64,000 bases of DNA from NCBI RefSeq assembly GCF_009914755.1, contig NC_060947.1, one strand, 5' to 3'. Each line of letters starts with the position of its first letter. The first letter of the stretch is position 1. The position numbers and the translations under genes are program-made. Below are positions 11,955 through 24,935 of the stretch, piece after piece. The notes beneath the pieces are model-generated. The model made no database searches and was not told the origin of the DNA. It saw only the letters and a program-made list of their open reading frames with translations. This DNA comes from the human T2T-CHM13v2.0 reference genome, Homo sapiens.

Positions 11955-12540
11955 GAGACGGAGTCTCGCTGTCGCCCAGGCTGGAGTGCAGTGGCGCAAT
12001 CTCGGCTCACTGCAGGCTCCGCCCCCTGGGGTTCACGCCATTCTCCTGCCTCAGCCTCCCGAGTAGCTGGGACTACAGGCGCCCGCCACCTCGCCCGGCT
12101 AATTTTTTGTATTTTTAGCAGAGACGGGGTTTCACCGTGTTAGCCAGGATGGTCTCGATCTCCTGACCTCGTGATCCACCCGCCTCGGCCTCCCAAAGTG
12201 CTGGGATTACAGGCGTGAGTACCTATAGATTTTTCAGAGATGCCTGTCATCAGGTTTCCATATTAGGATTATATAGACTTCATACAATGAGTTGGGAAGT
12301 GTTCTCTCCTCCTCTATTTTCTAGAAAAATTTATGTAAATTGGTATTATTTCTTCCCTAAATGTTGGATGGAATTCACTGGTGAAGCCATCTGGGTCTGG
12401 AATTTTCCTTGTGGTTTTTATTAAGAATTCCATTTCTTTAGAATTTACAGGACTACTTGTATTTTCTGTTTCTCCTGTGTCCCTTGCTAAGTTTTTCAAG
12501 GAATTTTCTGTTTCATCTAAGTTGTTAAATGTATCAATAC
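9833..12540 (-). mobile_element. Old L1M (L1MB/ME-like) 3' UTR plus ORF2 fragment, interrupted by an Alu
   Basis: T-rich antisense L1 motifs (tggtatctcattgtggttttcatttgcatttct; agaatcagcttgtcaatttct; gtgaagccatctgggtctgg). Confidence 0.85.
11927..12219 (-). mobile_element. Young AluY (AluYe5-like), slightly 5'-truncated
   Basis: 28-nt pure T tail, most CpGs intact, TSD tacctatagattttt (11917-11931 / 12220-12234). Confidence 0.95.
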
Positions 12541-13029
12541 TGTAGGCTAGAGTAGGCAGAAAAACCAAACATATCACCTGAAGTAGGACTTTGAAGAGAA
12601 GAGATTGGCTAGACAAGGAGGGGAGTCCTGGGGAAAGAATGGTGTGAGAAAAGACATGGGGTGTGGGATTACCAATGGTGTGGGTTGTTTAATATGGATT
12701 ATCCCCATCTGGTTGTAGTGGAAGTTTTGGGTAAAGAAGAAGTGGAAAATGATGATAGAAAGATACCTTGGAGCCAGATCAATGACAAATTGTGGAGTTT
12801 AGATCTTATGTAGGAAATGAAAAACCCCTATATTATTTTCAAACAGGGGCACGGCCTGCAGAAATGGTATTGAGGGAAATGATTTAGAATGATGGATTGG
12901 TGAAAGGAGAAGGGTAGAGGTAAATGCAACTCTTTTAGAATGGTGCAGTATGCAGTGGTAAGCACTGCCTAGGTGAAACAAATTTGATAAAGAATGGAGC
13001 TAGGACCAAGTAGGGAAAGGCCTCTGAGT

Positions 13030-13285
13030 ATTTCTCTGTACACAACGTGGTGTTATGCACCTAGTACAAACTTATCACACTCTTAATATTTTCTCTGTTC
13101 CCATATCCATCTCCTCACCTGGACATCCAGCTCCTCTGGGAAAAGACCCCAAGGTTTATCTATGCTAAAGTACTAGTGCCAGCATGCAGTACACACTTAG
13201 TTAATACCAAGTGAATGAATGAAAGCTGAAAATATGAATGAGCAACTGGATGAATGAATGAGTGAATGAATGAATGAATGAATGA
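13030..13285 (+). mobile_element. L2 3' end with (GAAT)n tail
   Basis: tagtgccagcatgcagtac...gaatgaatgaatg repeats typical of L2 termini. Confidence 0.6.
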
Positions 13286-13302
13286 GCAGGCAGGATAAAA
13301 AA

Positions 13303-13612
13303 CTGGATTCATCAGGATAGGATAGGCTATGCTATGATAACAGATAAGCCAACAAAGCTCAGTGCTTTAACACAATAAAAGTTCTCTTCCTTCCTTACAC
13401 AAAGTCTGGTGTAAGTCATGTACCCTCCTAGCAGCACGCGAAAAGAGAGAACAAAGGCTCTTGGGAAGTTTGGTTAAGGATCCAGCCTGGAAGTGGTGTA
13501 CATCACTTCTGCCTACATCTCCTTAGCCAACACTGAGTCATTTGGCCCCCATAGAACTGCTGAGAAAGCTGGGAAATATGGATGTGGAATGGAAATTTGG
13601 TAAACACTAAGG
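13303..13612 (-). mobile_element. MLT1I/J-like MaLR LTR
   Basis: tcaggataggataggctatgctatgataaca...ccagcctggaagtggtgtacatcacttctgcctacat. Confidence 0.6.
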
Positions 13613-14578
13613 ACACTTAGAAAGGAGCAAAAGGGAGCTCTAAAACCTATTTGTTATTGCTTCCAGCCTGAGAGAAAGCTAAGTCCTAGAGATGTTAAGG
13701 GACTTATTGAGGACTCCCCATACGGATTACAGATTACTTCTGCCAATAGAGCTCAGACTCTCTGGCCTGCCTTTCAGGCTTTAATATTTATAATCTCGTG
13801 GCTCACTTATTGCTAACTAATTTTTAGAAGCCAACTCCTCCAAGAGGAACTGTGAGCAGAACGAAGCACTAATAGACTCTGCCGTTGGTTACGTGGTAGC
13901 TCCAGCCAGAAGCACAAATGGAGAGAGGCAGGATATGGGTTAAGGCAGGGAGTTTTGAGGATAAACCTCCCAGGAGTCAGCAAAGCAGTCCTGCTTTGGG
14001 AGGCATCTGTGCTAAGCTCATGCCAGCTGCCTAAAGAGAACTCCACATCGTCTGTGATCTGGAGTCTCCTGTTCAGGATCAAACTAGCTGCCTCCACAGG
14101 GCCTGGAATGCACGGCGAGGGCTCTGTGGCTTTGGAAAATGCTGCCGAGGTGTCTCAGGTGGAGCCAAAGATGTGAGGGGAAGCACCTCATCTGCCGCAG
14201 GAGGGTAAACTAGATGGAAGGAGGTTGTGTTCCTCAGCCAGATGTAGGTATTGTTTGGTTTTCAGAGTGGTGTGAGCATCACAGATGATGAAGGCCAAGC
14301 ACATGGGATGAAGCTTGGCCTAAGGCGAGTTCTCAGGAGAAGGTGTTGGCAATAGGAGGATAACCATGGAGCAGGAGAAAAGAAGCCTCTCATCTTTCTT
14401 AGATTTGGCAAGGAGAGGGGGCATCAATGACAATGCATAGAGCCTGCTGCCTTCCCCTGGAGGCAGCTTCCCTAAGCGGGGTCATGGACAGTCTCCCAGC
14501 TCCCCTGCACCAATCAGTGGTTCCACATCAGACTTTTCTGCCTCACATTTTTTTTTCCTTTTTAAAGGTACAGTTAAG

Positions 14579-14887
14579 GGCCAGGCATGGTGGCTCATGC
14601 CTATAATCCTAACCCTTTGGGAGACAAGGCAGGCAAATCATTTGAGCCCAGGAGTTTGAGACCAGCCCTGGCAACATGGCAAAACCCCATCTCTCTAAAA
14701 AAAAAAAAAAAAAAAAAAATTAGCCAGGGGTGTTGGCACACACCTATAGTCCCAGCTACTCAGGAGGCTAAGGCGGGAGGACTGCTTGGGCCCAAGAGGT
14801 CAAGGCTGTAGTGAGCTATGATCACGTCACTGCACTCTAGCCTGGGTGACATAGTGAGACCTTGTCTCACACACACACCCACACACA
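14579..14887 (+). mobile_element. AluJ with expanded middle A-run and (CA)n tail
   Basis: Dimeric Alu; TSD aaaggtacagttaa / aaaagtacagttaa. Confidence 0.9.
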
Positions 14888-15260
14888 AAAGTACAGTTAA
14901 ATAGAGTGAAATTAAGAATACAAAAAAAAATGACAGAACTCTCAGAAAATGAGCCATCAGAGAAATGAGAAGTGAGCATATTGGAGGAAATCATGAAAGA
15001 AAGGATTAAAGGAGATACTGTAACTGTGAAATGAGGAAAGTAAGACCTGTTCTAATGCCCTTTGCCTCACTCCTTCTGTTCCTGCATTCTGGCTTTGCTG
15101 TTCCTCAAACATTCAAACAAGATCTGACCTTGGGTCCTCTGCACTTGCTGTTCTTTCTGCTTGGAATTCTCTTACCACACATTTTCACACAGCTCACCCC
15201 TTCACTGGATCAGGAGCCTGCTCAAATGTCACCTTTGCAGAGATGCCTTGCCTAACTACT

Positions 15261-15678
15261 ATCTTAGTTTGAATTCCCCCAGAAGTAGACCCTGAGACAA
15301 GGATTCAAGTACAAGTAGTCTATCAGAGAGATGAACCCAAGTAACACAGCAGGGGAGTGGGGAAGTGAGAGGGAGAAGGGAAAGGATCTAAGAAAGGTAT
15401 GCTATCAAGCAGCCACCGTGTGGGTAGCTGTGCCTCAGTCCTGCTGAGGAACTCTGGGAGATAGTGTAGAACACACTTCAGAGTTATCTTGACCACAGAG
15501 GAGGGCATCTGTTACTGCTCCAGTGCGTGCCCTGTGTGTGGGCCAAGCATTCTCCCATTGTCAGAGGGGAAAAAATCACCCTTAGGCAGAGGGTCTTGGG
15601 GAATCATGAGAAGCAGCCTTCTGACTGTTGAAGTGAATGCTGAAGGCACATTGGCAAGGCAAGAAGCATCTGCCACAA
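15261..15678 (-). mobile_element. LTR16A/B-like ERVL LTR nested in an L2 (about 15050-15900, +)
   Basis: tcttagtttgaattcccccagaagtagaccctgagacaaggattcaagtacaagt; L2-like sequence on both sides. Confidence 0.55.
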
Positions 15679-18600
15679 CATCCTCTCTAAAATAGCAACC
15701 CCATCACGCTTTATCACCTTGTTCCACTTTCTGACTTCACAGAATTTACGCCACCTGACAGTACATCTGTATGCTTATTTGTCATCTATCTCTCCCAGTA
15801 GACAGCAAGTTCCAGGAAGACAGAGAACTCATATGTCTTTCAGTGCCTCAGACGGAGATAGTGGGTGTTTGGTAATTATTTGTTGAGTGAATGACTATTC
15901 AGAGAAAGACTGAAACTCGTTGACATCAATATTATCCTCAGCACATGAAAGAGTGAGAGAAGCAGGGCAGAAATCAGTTGCAGGAACGAACGTAAGCATT
16001 GGACAATGAGGGCCATAGTAGGGTCTTCAATATGAATGGATAAGAACGTTATTCCAGTTTCCTGGTCTGATGTTTCTGGGGACTTAAAGATTTCATCTTT
16101 GCCATGGCCATAACAGCTATTATTTTTTGACCTATATACCAAATGGAAACAACAACAACAACAAGAGTTTCTTTGCAGGCTGGGAAATTTAATATATCCA
16201 AAAGAGGGCACCCTAGTCTTGATCCACTAGAGGGCTCAGGCCAAGGACAACAGGGAAAGAAATGTGAACGGGACAAAGGAAGGAAGTAGGGAGAGAGAGT
16301 GATGGAGAAAGTGCGGTTCAGGGAAGCAGGTGGCAAAGGAAGGGCCTAACAACCTTGGAGTCCTCACTAAAAATGGAATATTCAACTGGGATTTTATTAA
16401 CTTTGAGATGAGCTTTTGGGGACCTATTCAAGTAAACACAACCCACCCCAAAGCCCCAAATCCTCACTTGTTACTGTAAAGGCCTGTTAGTCCCATAGTT
16501 CAGGCCCTGAATGCTCTGCTCCAGGCCCCTGGCTTGAATTCACCCCAGGAAGAAGAAACTTCTGCAGTATGTTGTTGCTGAAAAGGCAGCTTGCCTGGGC
16601 AGCCCCAGTAGATCCTGCTCTCTGTGGCTTCGCAGAAAACCCCATCACAAAGGACACTGGCATTTCTAGAATGGACTTGAGCCCATAGCTACTATTGAAA
16701 GAAGACTCAGAAGTACACAATGGGAAGCTGACACAATGGTGAAAGGGATGGGAATCTGGGCATCTCTGTGTGCCACTTGTCCCCAGTGGCTTTTGTTCTG
16801 GAAAGAACAGACTTTTCTGTGGGTGGATAAAAGGCAAATAAATGTTGTATTCACCAAACCTATTGGTTTGACAGCTTTTAAAAGCAAGTTACAAAAAGTC
16901 AGAAGAGTGGCCAAAGCTCATTCTTAAATAAAATGAGATTCCCAAGTTGTGTTTAGGTTCCAATTGCCTTCTCTTCAATACCTTTATCTTTTCATGTAAA
17001 CATTCTTGCCCTGATATTTAATTCCTCACAGAACTGACAGAAGAAGCCTCATAACCACCCACTAACAGGGGTCTGTGCTATGTCTACACAGGACTGAATC
17101 CGCACATTTAATTGAATTCACTGGCAACTTTTGGGAAACATCCAGTTAGAGGACTGGTTTATGGGTTGTGTAAGTGTAATGAAATAATTAATGGTTCTCA
17201 TTTGTTACTGGAATGACCAGATTAGCCAGCTGTTTTTGCAATGTCAAATTCTGTCAAAAATGCTTGTGTCTGGAGTTGAAGATCCATTGTTAGAACAGTC
17301 AGTGTGACCCTACATGTGGTTTGGGCCATTGCTTGGGTTCAAAACAGACCTTTAGTCTGATGACACTGACTCATTCCATTCGGTTTGCAGGTTGGTGTCA
17401 TCTGCAATTTCACCTCTATTCCAATTGCTGCATGGGTTTGAGGGCTTAAAAAAATAACACACAAAAAAGTACTTCCTTACTCTTTGAGGTTATGGAGTAG
17501 CCCGTTCCTTTTCTGATCATGATCTTTGGCCAAGTTGGTCTGGCCTGGATGTCTCTGAGTGAGTGAACTCTGCAACGAAAGTCACTCTCTGGGGCTGAAG
17601 GGTGCCCGAAGGCCAGAGGTGGTGTTGGGTTGGGTGACTTCCTGAGAGGGTGCTGGGAAGGCATCTGAGCATGGGCTGGGCCACAGGCACTCCCAGTTCC
17701 TAATGCACTGCCTGAGGATCCTCCCTGAAGAGAAATCAAACTCACCCTTTGGGCCAACCAGGTGCTTGCAGCTTTCACTGGCAAGTCTTGGCAAGGGGTG
17801 TGTTAGAACAAAGAGTTACTCCACCTGCAGATTCCAAGAGCTAATTTGAAGGTTGAGTTAGAGAAGAAAAAGCAAAAGAGGGGAGAAAAAAAGCCAGCAC
17901 TCAGCAGAGCTGCAGCAGAAAAGCAGAGCCCCATTTAGTGTACCCTCCTGCACAATCTTCATTTCTGTGGATGCCCCAAAGCAACTCCTAATTCAGCCTG
18001 ACTCCTATGCATCAGGCTTTCAAGGAAAAGCTTTTGTTAATACTGACTGTAAATTGAGGGGGTGGCTTTAGCAATGTTTTCTGAAGAACAAAAACTTTGG
18101 CAGATTATTTCTGTAGCACACTGGTGTATTTAACAACATTAGACAACCTTATTAGTTCATAGAGGAAGCATTTATGCAGTACCTACTATGTGTCCAACAC
18201 TGTGCTTGATGCTGAAATATAGAGAATAAATACTCCTTGCCCTGAAAAAGCATCTAGTTTGACAGGGAAACAAGCAATTAAAACAGTGTATGGGTGGTCC
18301 TGTCTTGTTAACCCAGGTCCCCGATTCAGAACTGATCACCATTTAGGGAGGGGCTGTGATAGGATTACATTTGTATAATAGTAGTCTAGAAATCATGTCT
18401 TCTCAGCAAACTAAAAGAGGAAAAGATGAAAACATTGGTCTTCCCCTTACCTAAAAGTTCCAATGACTTAAAGGGACATAAAAGCATCCATTGACATGAT
18501 AGAGCAGTGAAAGCAGAAGCCCACTTCTGGTAAGAGCTGGTAAGATACCAAAGCACTGGAAGGGCGAGCCTCTAACTGCACTCTTGCCATCTGAGTTGAG

Positions 18601-18731
18601 AGGGATGGGACATACAGGAAGGAAAAACTAAAGAAAAGCACATAATCAAACAATGATACAATAGAAGCCATGTCCTAGGCTAAATAGGGACCAAATGAGT
18701 ACTCATAGCAATGATATAGCGAGTTCATTGA

Positions 18732-19150
18732 ATTAGTGTACCATTAGCTGCTGTAACAAACCCCAACATCTCAGTGGCTTAATAAAATTCAGGTTTATTC
18801 CTCACTTGCATAGTGTCCAAAATGGGTTTTGCCTCATTGGTGGGTAGCTCTTCTCCTAGCTGGAATTGAAGGATGCAGATTCCTTCCATCTTAGGAATCT
18901 ACTGTCTTCAGTAGATGACTTCTAAGGTCTCTGTACTCATCTTCATCAAGAACATGAAAGGGGATGTGTGGGAGGTTTCAATGGGCCAGGCTGGAAGTGG
19001 TGTGTGTCACTTCTGCTCACATTCTACCAGGTGGACCTCACCATATGGCACACCCAACTGCAAGGAAGGCTGGGAAATATAGTTTAGCTTTGTGCCCAGA
19101 AAGAAGAGGAAACGGCTTTGGTGACCAGTGAAGCCAGATGGCCACTCTGA
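18732..19150 (-). mobile_element. MLT1J-like MaLR LTR
   Basis: gctgctgtaacaaaccccaacatctcagtggctta...caactgcaaggaaggctgggaaatatagtttag. Confidence 0.65.
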
Positions 19151-19159
19151 GCTACAGGA

Positions 19160-19540
19160 AGAGGTCATTCCACTAGCTTTCAGCTCCATGTGGACAGGGA
19201 CCCTCACTCCCTCTCCTTGGTGTCTCTGATGCCTACACTTGAGAATCTCAGGCCTTCCTGGTCAGTAGGTCGCCATTGTCATTTCCTCAATGCCGCACCT
19301 CCCACTATTCTTACTCTCTTTCACATCTCCCTGTTTTAGTTCATCAGAGTGCTTATCACTACCAATGACATTCTTCCTTATTAATCAATTTACTTACTGG
19401 CTTTTGTCCTACCTGGAAGTAAGTTCCATAAGGACAAGGACAATGGCGCATGTCATGTCCACCATTCTATTGCAGTGCCTAGCACAGTGGTTGGCACATG
19501 GGAAGTCCTTAATAACTCATTGATCAATGAATGAATGAAC
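19160..19540 (+). mobile_element. L2 3' fragment
   Basis: gtaagttccataaggacaagga...cagtgcctagcacagtggttggcacatg...gaatgaatga. Confidence 0.7.
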
Positions 19541-19783
19541 CAACTGGGCCTTGGGAGGTCTTGGATGGCTTCACAAAGGAGGTGCAACTCGAGCTTGGTA
19601 TTGAGTAGAATTTGTCTGGGAGGAGAGATCAAGTAAAGAAAGGACAGATTAAAAGGAGACAAAAAGGACCACAAGATATACAGATTGAACCATTTATGGA
19701 ATTGAGCCAGATCCATTCAACTCACGTTTGAGCACCTATTACACACAGGTCAGTGTTCTAGACCATTGCTTAGCTGGAAGATG

Positions 19784-19786
<3 letters not shown>

Positions 19787-19850
<64 letters not shown>
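19787..19850. repeat. (CA)32 microsatellite
   Basis: Perfect CA run of 64 nt. Confidence 0.98.
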
Positions 19851-19851
<1 letters not shown>

Positions 19852-20350
19852 GAAAGCTCGTCTGAGCCAGGGACTAAGACACTTCCCTTTACATAAGAGG
19901 GTTAGGCTTCAGCTCCACATCCCGGCCACCAAGGCCCTCCACTGAACCACTTCAGTCTTCCTTTCTGGGGTGAACATGGTCTCCCCACACCAATATCTGC
20001 TCCTTTGTGGGGAAGTGATGTGGGGCAGAAAGATCTTGGGCCTTGGAATCAGATGTATGTGCTTCCAGTCCTGCCTCTATGGCCCTCGAGCAAGCAACTT
20101 AACCTTTCTGTGCCTATACAGTAAGTTGGAGATAATGAAATGTTCATCCTGGGTTTATCATGGGAACCAAATAAGATTAGCTATATTGAGGGCCTAACCT
20201 GCTGTGTGGTTCATGGACATGCTCACTAAGTCATCTTCATCTTCTTCCTAAGCAGCTCCCTACCTGCGCCTCTCTGATTCACATGACTCCTGGCCAAGCC
20301 ACAGTGAACTACTCCTGGGACCTATATCAACAGACTCATTCTAACCTTCA

Positions 20351-20429
20351 TATTAGGTTGGATCACAGGAAATTGCTAATATTAAAAAATTTTTGCCTCA
20401 AAAGGGAAATTCCAAATGGTTTAACCTAA
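20351..20429 (+). mobile_element. MADE2-like mariner MITE, copy 1
   Basis: About 80-bp element with inverted termini ttaggttggatcac...atggtttaacctaa. Confidence 0.65.
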
Positions 20430-21025
20430 CGCTTTAGCATATGCTGATCTCTCCCAGCATTTGCTGATCCTATCCAGCCCTTAACCCTCCTCCTACTTCA
20501 ATGTTACCTCTTCCCTGCACCCCTTCCCTAACCAGAGAGCATGTCTTTTGAACTTGTGTGGCAGCCCACTTGATCCTACCTTGGATTATCACCTAATTTG
20601 TCTAATATGGCTACCAGGTTATAAACTGCTTGACGGCACTGACGGTGTTCCTTTCTCTTTAAAGCACCTCTGCACAGTCCCTTGGACATAATAAGAGGTG
20701 ACATGTTTCCTTTCCCAGACCCAAGTGTGATTAGCTGGGGCCTCCAGTACACTCGGAGGGATTGGGGTCAAGCTTTGCTGATGATCCTCCGCACCATGCC
20801 AGCCAGCACCGGGGCCCAAGGCACTTATTCTCCAATGCGACCCTCTAGAATCAGTTGCCTGTTATAACTTTGCTCTCTCTTCTCCCCTCATCTCTGTCTG
20901 CCTCAAACCAACCGGAGAAGAGAAGCACAAAATGCCTTGAACTTGGGAGGGGGAAATAGGGTGTCATTTATCTGGCTTGAGCGATTATTGAGTTTTTGGC
21001 TCTTCATTTGCTTACTTAAGAGTTG

Positions 21026-21104
21026 TAACGTTGAACCACATGAAATTGCCAATATTCAACTATTTTGACCTACAAAAATGTCAATTTCATAGGGTTCAAC
21101 CTAG
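21026..21104 (+). mobile_element. MADE2-like mariner MITE, copy 2
   Basis: gttgaaccacatgaaattgccaatattcaactattttgacctacaaaaatgtcaatttcatagggttcaacc. Confidence 0.8.
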
Positions 21105-21739
21105 TTTTTAGTATTTGGACTCAGGCACAATCACTCAGGGGTGAAGCTGTCTGATCCCTGTGTGTGGTCTACTCACCAACTCCTTGGTAGAGAGATCCCC
21201 ATGGAGGCTACTCATAGCTTCTGATGGGCCTGTGGCCTTTAGTAGATTCTGTCATTGCTTGTGGAGTTTCCATCATAGGCTCTGGATTCAAAAAGGGCTA
21301 GTTCATATTTCCCTTTTCCCTGCAGGTGCCAACATATGTGTTTGATCTCTGGGATAAATGCCAAGACCTCCAGACTTGAGTTTTCAAGTCTTCTGGAGAT
21401 CAAAGGCTCTCCTCATCACTGTGTGGGCTTCTCTGTGCTGTTACTCAACAAAGCAAGGCCAGCTCCTGCAAGGGCCAGTGGCAGAGTTCACGAGTCAAGG
21501 AAGGAAGGGGAGGAGCTCCTAGTTTTCGAAATACTGCAACATGTGGAGCAGATGAATGTGAAGGGAAGGAAGGCTTTATGTTTTTCTCAAATAAACTGGA
21601 AACTTAAAATGCAGGAACTTTACATGAATTTTAGTTATTTATTAACTAGATCCACCTGAATGGGATGGCCAGGAGCCTTTCATAGTTTTCTCATTTTATG
21701 TACCCAAAGGAATACACAGGACCTTAGCAATCATTGCAC

Positions 21740-22230
21740 TCAACACCTTCAGTCATTTCATGTGACTTCCAAACAAAGTACCCTTTACTGTACATTGCTA
21801 GTAGAAAATATCCTAATGACAAATGAAAAACAAAAAGAAATCTAAAACTGAATTAAGTTGTCTTATTGTAGTCATTTTGCAACTATTCAAATAAGTAATT
21901 ATGCCATTAGGAATCAAGATTTTCAGCACAAGAGAAAATAGATCAATTATAAAATCAAGGAAGTTAAATTAAAATCTGTAATCTTAGATTTGAATTGGCA
22001 ATAATGTTTTAAACTCATGATTTATTTTCACCTTCTGAAACTTACATATTTTCTAGTCCTGTCTACTGAAGAAGTCTAGAACCAATGACAACCTAGCAAC
22101 GATGAATACCCCTACCATGCAGAATGTGGTCTCTAAAGTCTGTTTCCTCTGAGAGGAGTCAGGGCTTCTTCAAGAAAGGGCTGATTCTAGGTCTGAGGCA
22201 GCAAATGTGCAAGATGAACGTAGGACACCT
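21740..22230 (+). mobile_element. L1MC/MD 3' UTR fragment
   Basis: gagtcagggcttcttcaagaaagggctgattctaggtctgaggcagcaaatgtgcaagatga motif. Confidence 0.55.
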
Positions 22231-23483
22231 CCCTTGACACCACTGCACACTCAGCTAGACTCAAGCTAATTGAGTCTCACAAGAGAACCCATCTCTTCTG
22301 ACACCAGAATGAATCCATTATGGGTTAAGTATTTGCCACTCATCTAGCTATGTCTATTATAGAGAGCACATAACTCATTACAAATACCTAGGCTTTTGGG
22401 ATGGAAATGTCCTTGGAAAAGAATGTCTTTTGGCTTGCAGGCTCATGTATTTATATCTTCTTTGTTGGCCCAATAAAGAGCATCACTTCTCTGCTACCTG
22501 CAAAGATACTAATTAGCAAGTAGTGATTCTAAGTAAGTGTAGTGGAGGTGGTATGTGGGGCCTTTTGTAAGTATTTTAAAATTTTCCATCATCACTTATG
22601 CTCTCTAAGTAGATTTTAAGAGACTAACCTCCACCTAGGAGAAGGGATTTATTAGCATATATAATTGGATGTCATGTGCTAATTACCTTACTGCTTCACA
22701 ATCTAACCAAGCCAAGGGCATCTGTCCAAGAGGACAGAAGAGGCTCCATGCGCCATATTGGAAAATAGAACCCTTTTTTTCTTATATCCAGTGGCTGAGT
22801 GCAGTGGTTCTTGAATAAAATGGCGATTTTCACATGCTTTTTCTGACCTGCCTGTCCCACTCCAGCTCCATTTTCTTTCCTGGGATGTCAGAGGCACCCA
22901 TGTTTATGATACCTCATCTTAGTTTGAACAGGAGTGAAGCGATTTTAACATGTCATACTCATCTTCATGGGTGCATTGCCTCCTTTCTTCTCTATTTTTC
23001 CCATGGAGAGAGCCTGCTCTCAAGAAACTATGAGTACTAAAGGATGATACTCACGGTCTTCCCTGTAATCAGCCTCACCTGGTTCATCTCAAATAATGGA
23101 AACAGATTTGTGTCATTCACCAAGGAGTTTTATTTTTAACCCTTGTTAAACCCATAACTATTTGTTTCGCTCTCCTGAAAGAGCAAATTCCTTATTTCCG
23201 ATCAGTATTATCTTTCTATACTTTTACTTGTTTGCAAACTTGCAACACTGACAGTGTCTCTTCAGGGGGTGTGGGGCTGATGAAGTAAGGATTGGGTCAA
23301 GCCCCCATTTCTCCTACCCTGGTTTAAGCTCAGGCGTGGAAGCCTTGAAAACTGGCACAAATGTTTCATGACTTGGTGATGGGCTGGTCATTTTCAGTAC
23401 AGGTTGCTGAAAAGCAAGCACTTTACTGCTATCTAAGAGCACAGTGGCCCTTCTGGTAAAGCTAACCTTGGAGTTGAACTAAT

Positions 23484-23562
23484 TATTAGATTGAACTATT
23501 GAGATAGTTTTTTAAGGTCAAGATGGTTGAATATCACCAATTTAATATGCTTCAATCTAATA
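23484..23562 (-). mobile_element. MADE2-like mariner MITE, copy 3 (inverted)
   Basis: Termini tattagattgaac...gcttcaatctaata; the interior aggtcaagatggttgaatat is close to the reverse complement of the copy 2 interior. Confidence 0.7.
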
Positions 23563-23574
23563 CCTACCTTGTTA

Positions 23575-23745
23575 CCTGGCCTCTGTGGTCCACTGACTGG
23601 CAACATCAGCATCCCCCTGGGACTTGTTAGAAATGCAGATTCTCAGATCCCATCCGAGACCTACAGCATCAAGATTTCTGGCAGTAGAATCTGTTTTAAC
23701 AAAGTCTCCAGGTGATTCCTATGCATACTGGAGTTTGGGAAGCTC
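23575..23745 (+). mobile_element. MER5A-like DNA transposon
   Basis: catcagcatccccctgggacttgttagaaatgcagattctcag...ctgttttaacaaagtctccaggtgattc. Confidence 0.75.
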
Positions 23746-24420
23746 CATTTTAATCTATTATGTTAATATTTAAGTCTGCCTTTGAGGGCAGCCTTCTTAG
23801 TTCCCCAATGGTGTGGTTTGTATCCATACAGCCTCACATACAATGATGGTTCCTGGTTAAGAACAAATATTTCCATCAGCATTGTTGAGGCAGGATGGTA
23901 CATTTTGACAAGAACAATTATGAATCCTCTGCCTATTGTGTGCTCTGTGGAATGGTAGCTTAAACAGTACAATTTCTAGCTTTGCCAAGCGACTGCCACC
24001 TTAGTGTCTGGTGTTTTTAAAAGGATGTACCTTGCTGATATATATATATATCAAACACTAGGCCATGTGTACATCTAAGATGCCAGTCTGCTCCCCATCC
24101 TTTGATTAGGGAGCTGGACTCTGGGGTTAGCTGTGTCTTGATAGCCTCTGTTCAAACTGGCCAAGGAAAGGACAGCCCAGTTCATGCTAAGGAGAGCAAA
24201 ATCTCCAGTCTGGCCCATAGCATACTCACAATCACATGGAGAATGTGGCCTCGACAGGGGTTTTTAAAGAGAGATGCTCCTTGCGGTCTGTGTTATAACT
24301 GGGAGCTAATCCAAATCCAATGCTGGGAGAATGGGTAAATAAACTACAGTGCACCCACCTGGTAGAACATTATACAGCTGTTAATAAGTATTGAGGTTGA
24401 TTCACAAAGGAAAATTCTTT

Positions 24421-24705
24421 CATTTCGTTTTATTTTTGAGACAGGGTCTCACCCTGCCACCCAAGCTAGAATGCAGTAGCACAATCTCAGCTCACTGCAG
24501 CCTCCACCTCCCAGGCTCAAGAGATCCTCCCGCCTCAGAGTACCTGGGATTACAGGCGCATGCCACCACACCAAGCTAATTTTTGAGGTTTTGTTGTTGT
24601 TGTTGTTGTTGTTGTTTGTAGAGATGGGGTTCTGCTGTGTTGCCCAAGCTGGTCTTGAACTCCTGGGTTCAAGTGATCTGCCTGCCTTGGCCACTGCGTT
24701 TGGCC
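24421..24705 (-). mobile_element. AluJ with (TTG)n linker and a short internal deletion
   Basis: gagacagggtctc...; (TTG)n at about 24591-24616; lacks the tcccaaagtgctgggattaca segment. Confidence 0.9.
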
Positions 24706-24883
24706 AAATTCTTTTATTTTTAAAAAGCAGTATACAATAGAGTATATATGCTATATCTCAACTATTTAGAAACGTACTTGAAAAAATTGCTTGGAAACAT
24801 GCTAGCATGCTAACAGTGGCCTTTGGTGACAGGATTAAGAGTGGCTTTTTGTTGTTCTTTTAGACTTTTTTGAATGACTGTGG

Positions 24884-24929
<46 letters not shown>

Positions 24930-24934
24930 CAGAG
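24884..24934. repeat. Compound (TG)n(AG)n microsatellite
   Basis: Direct reading of the sequence. Confidence 0.95.
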
Positions 24935-24935
24935 A

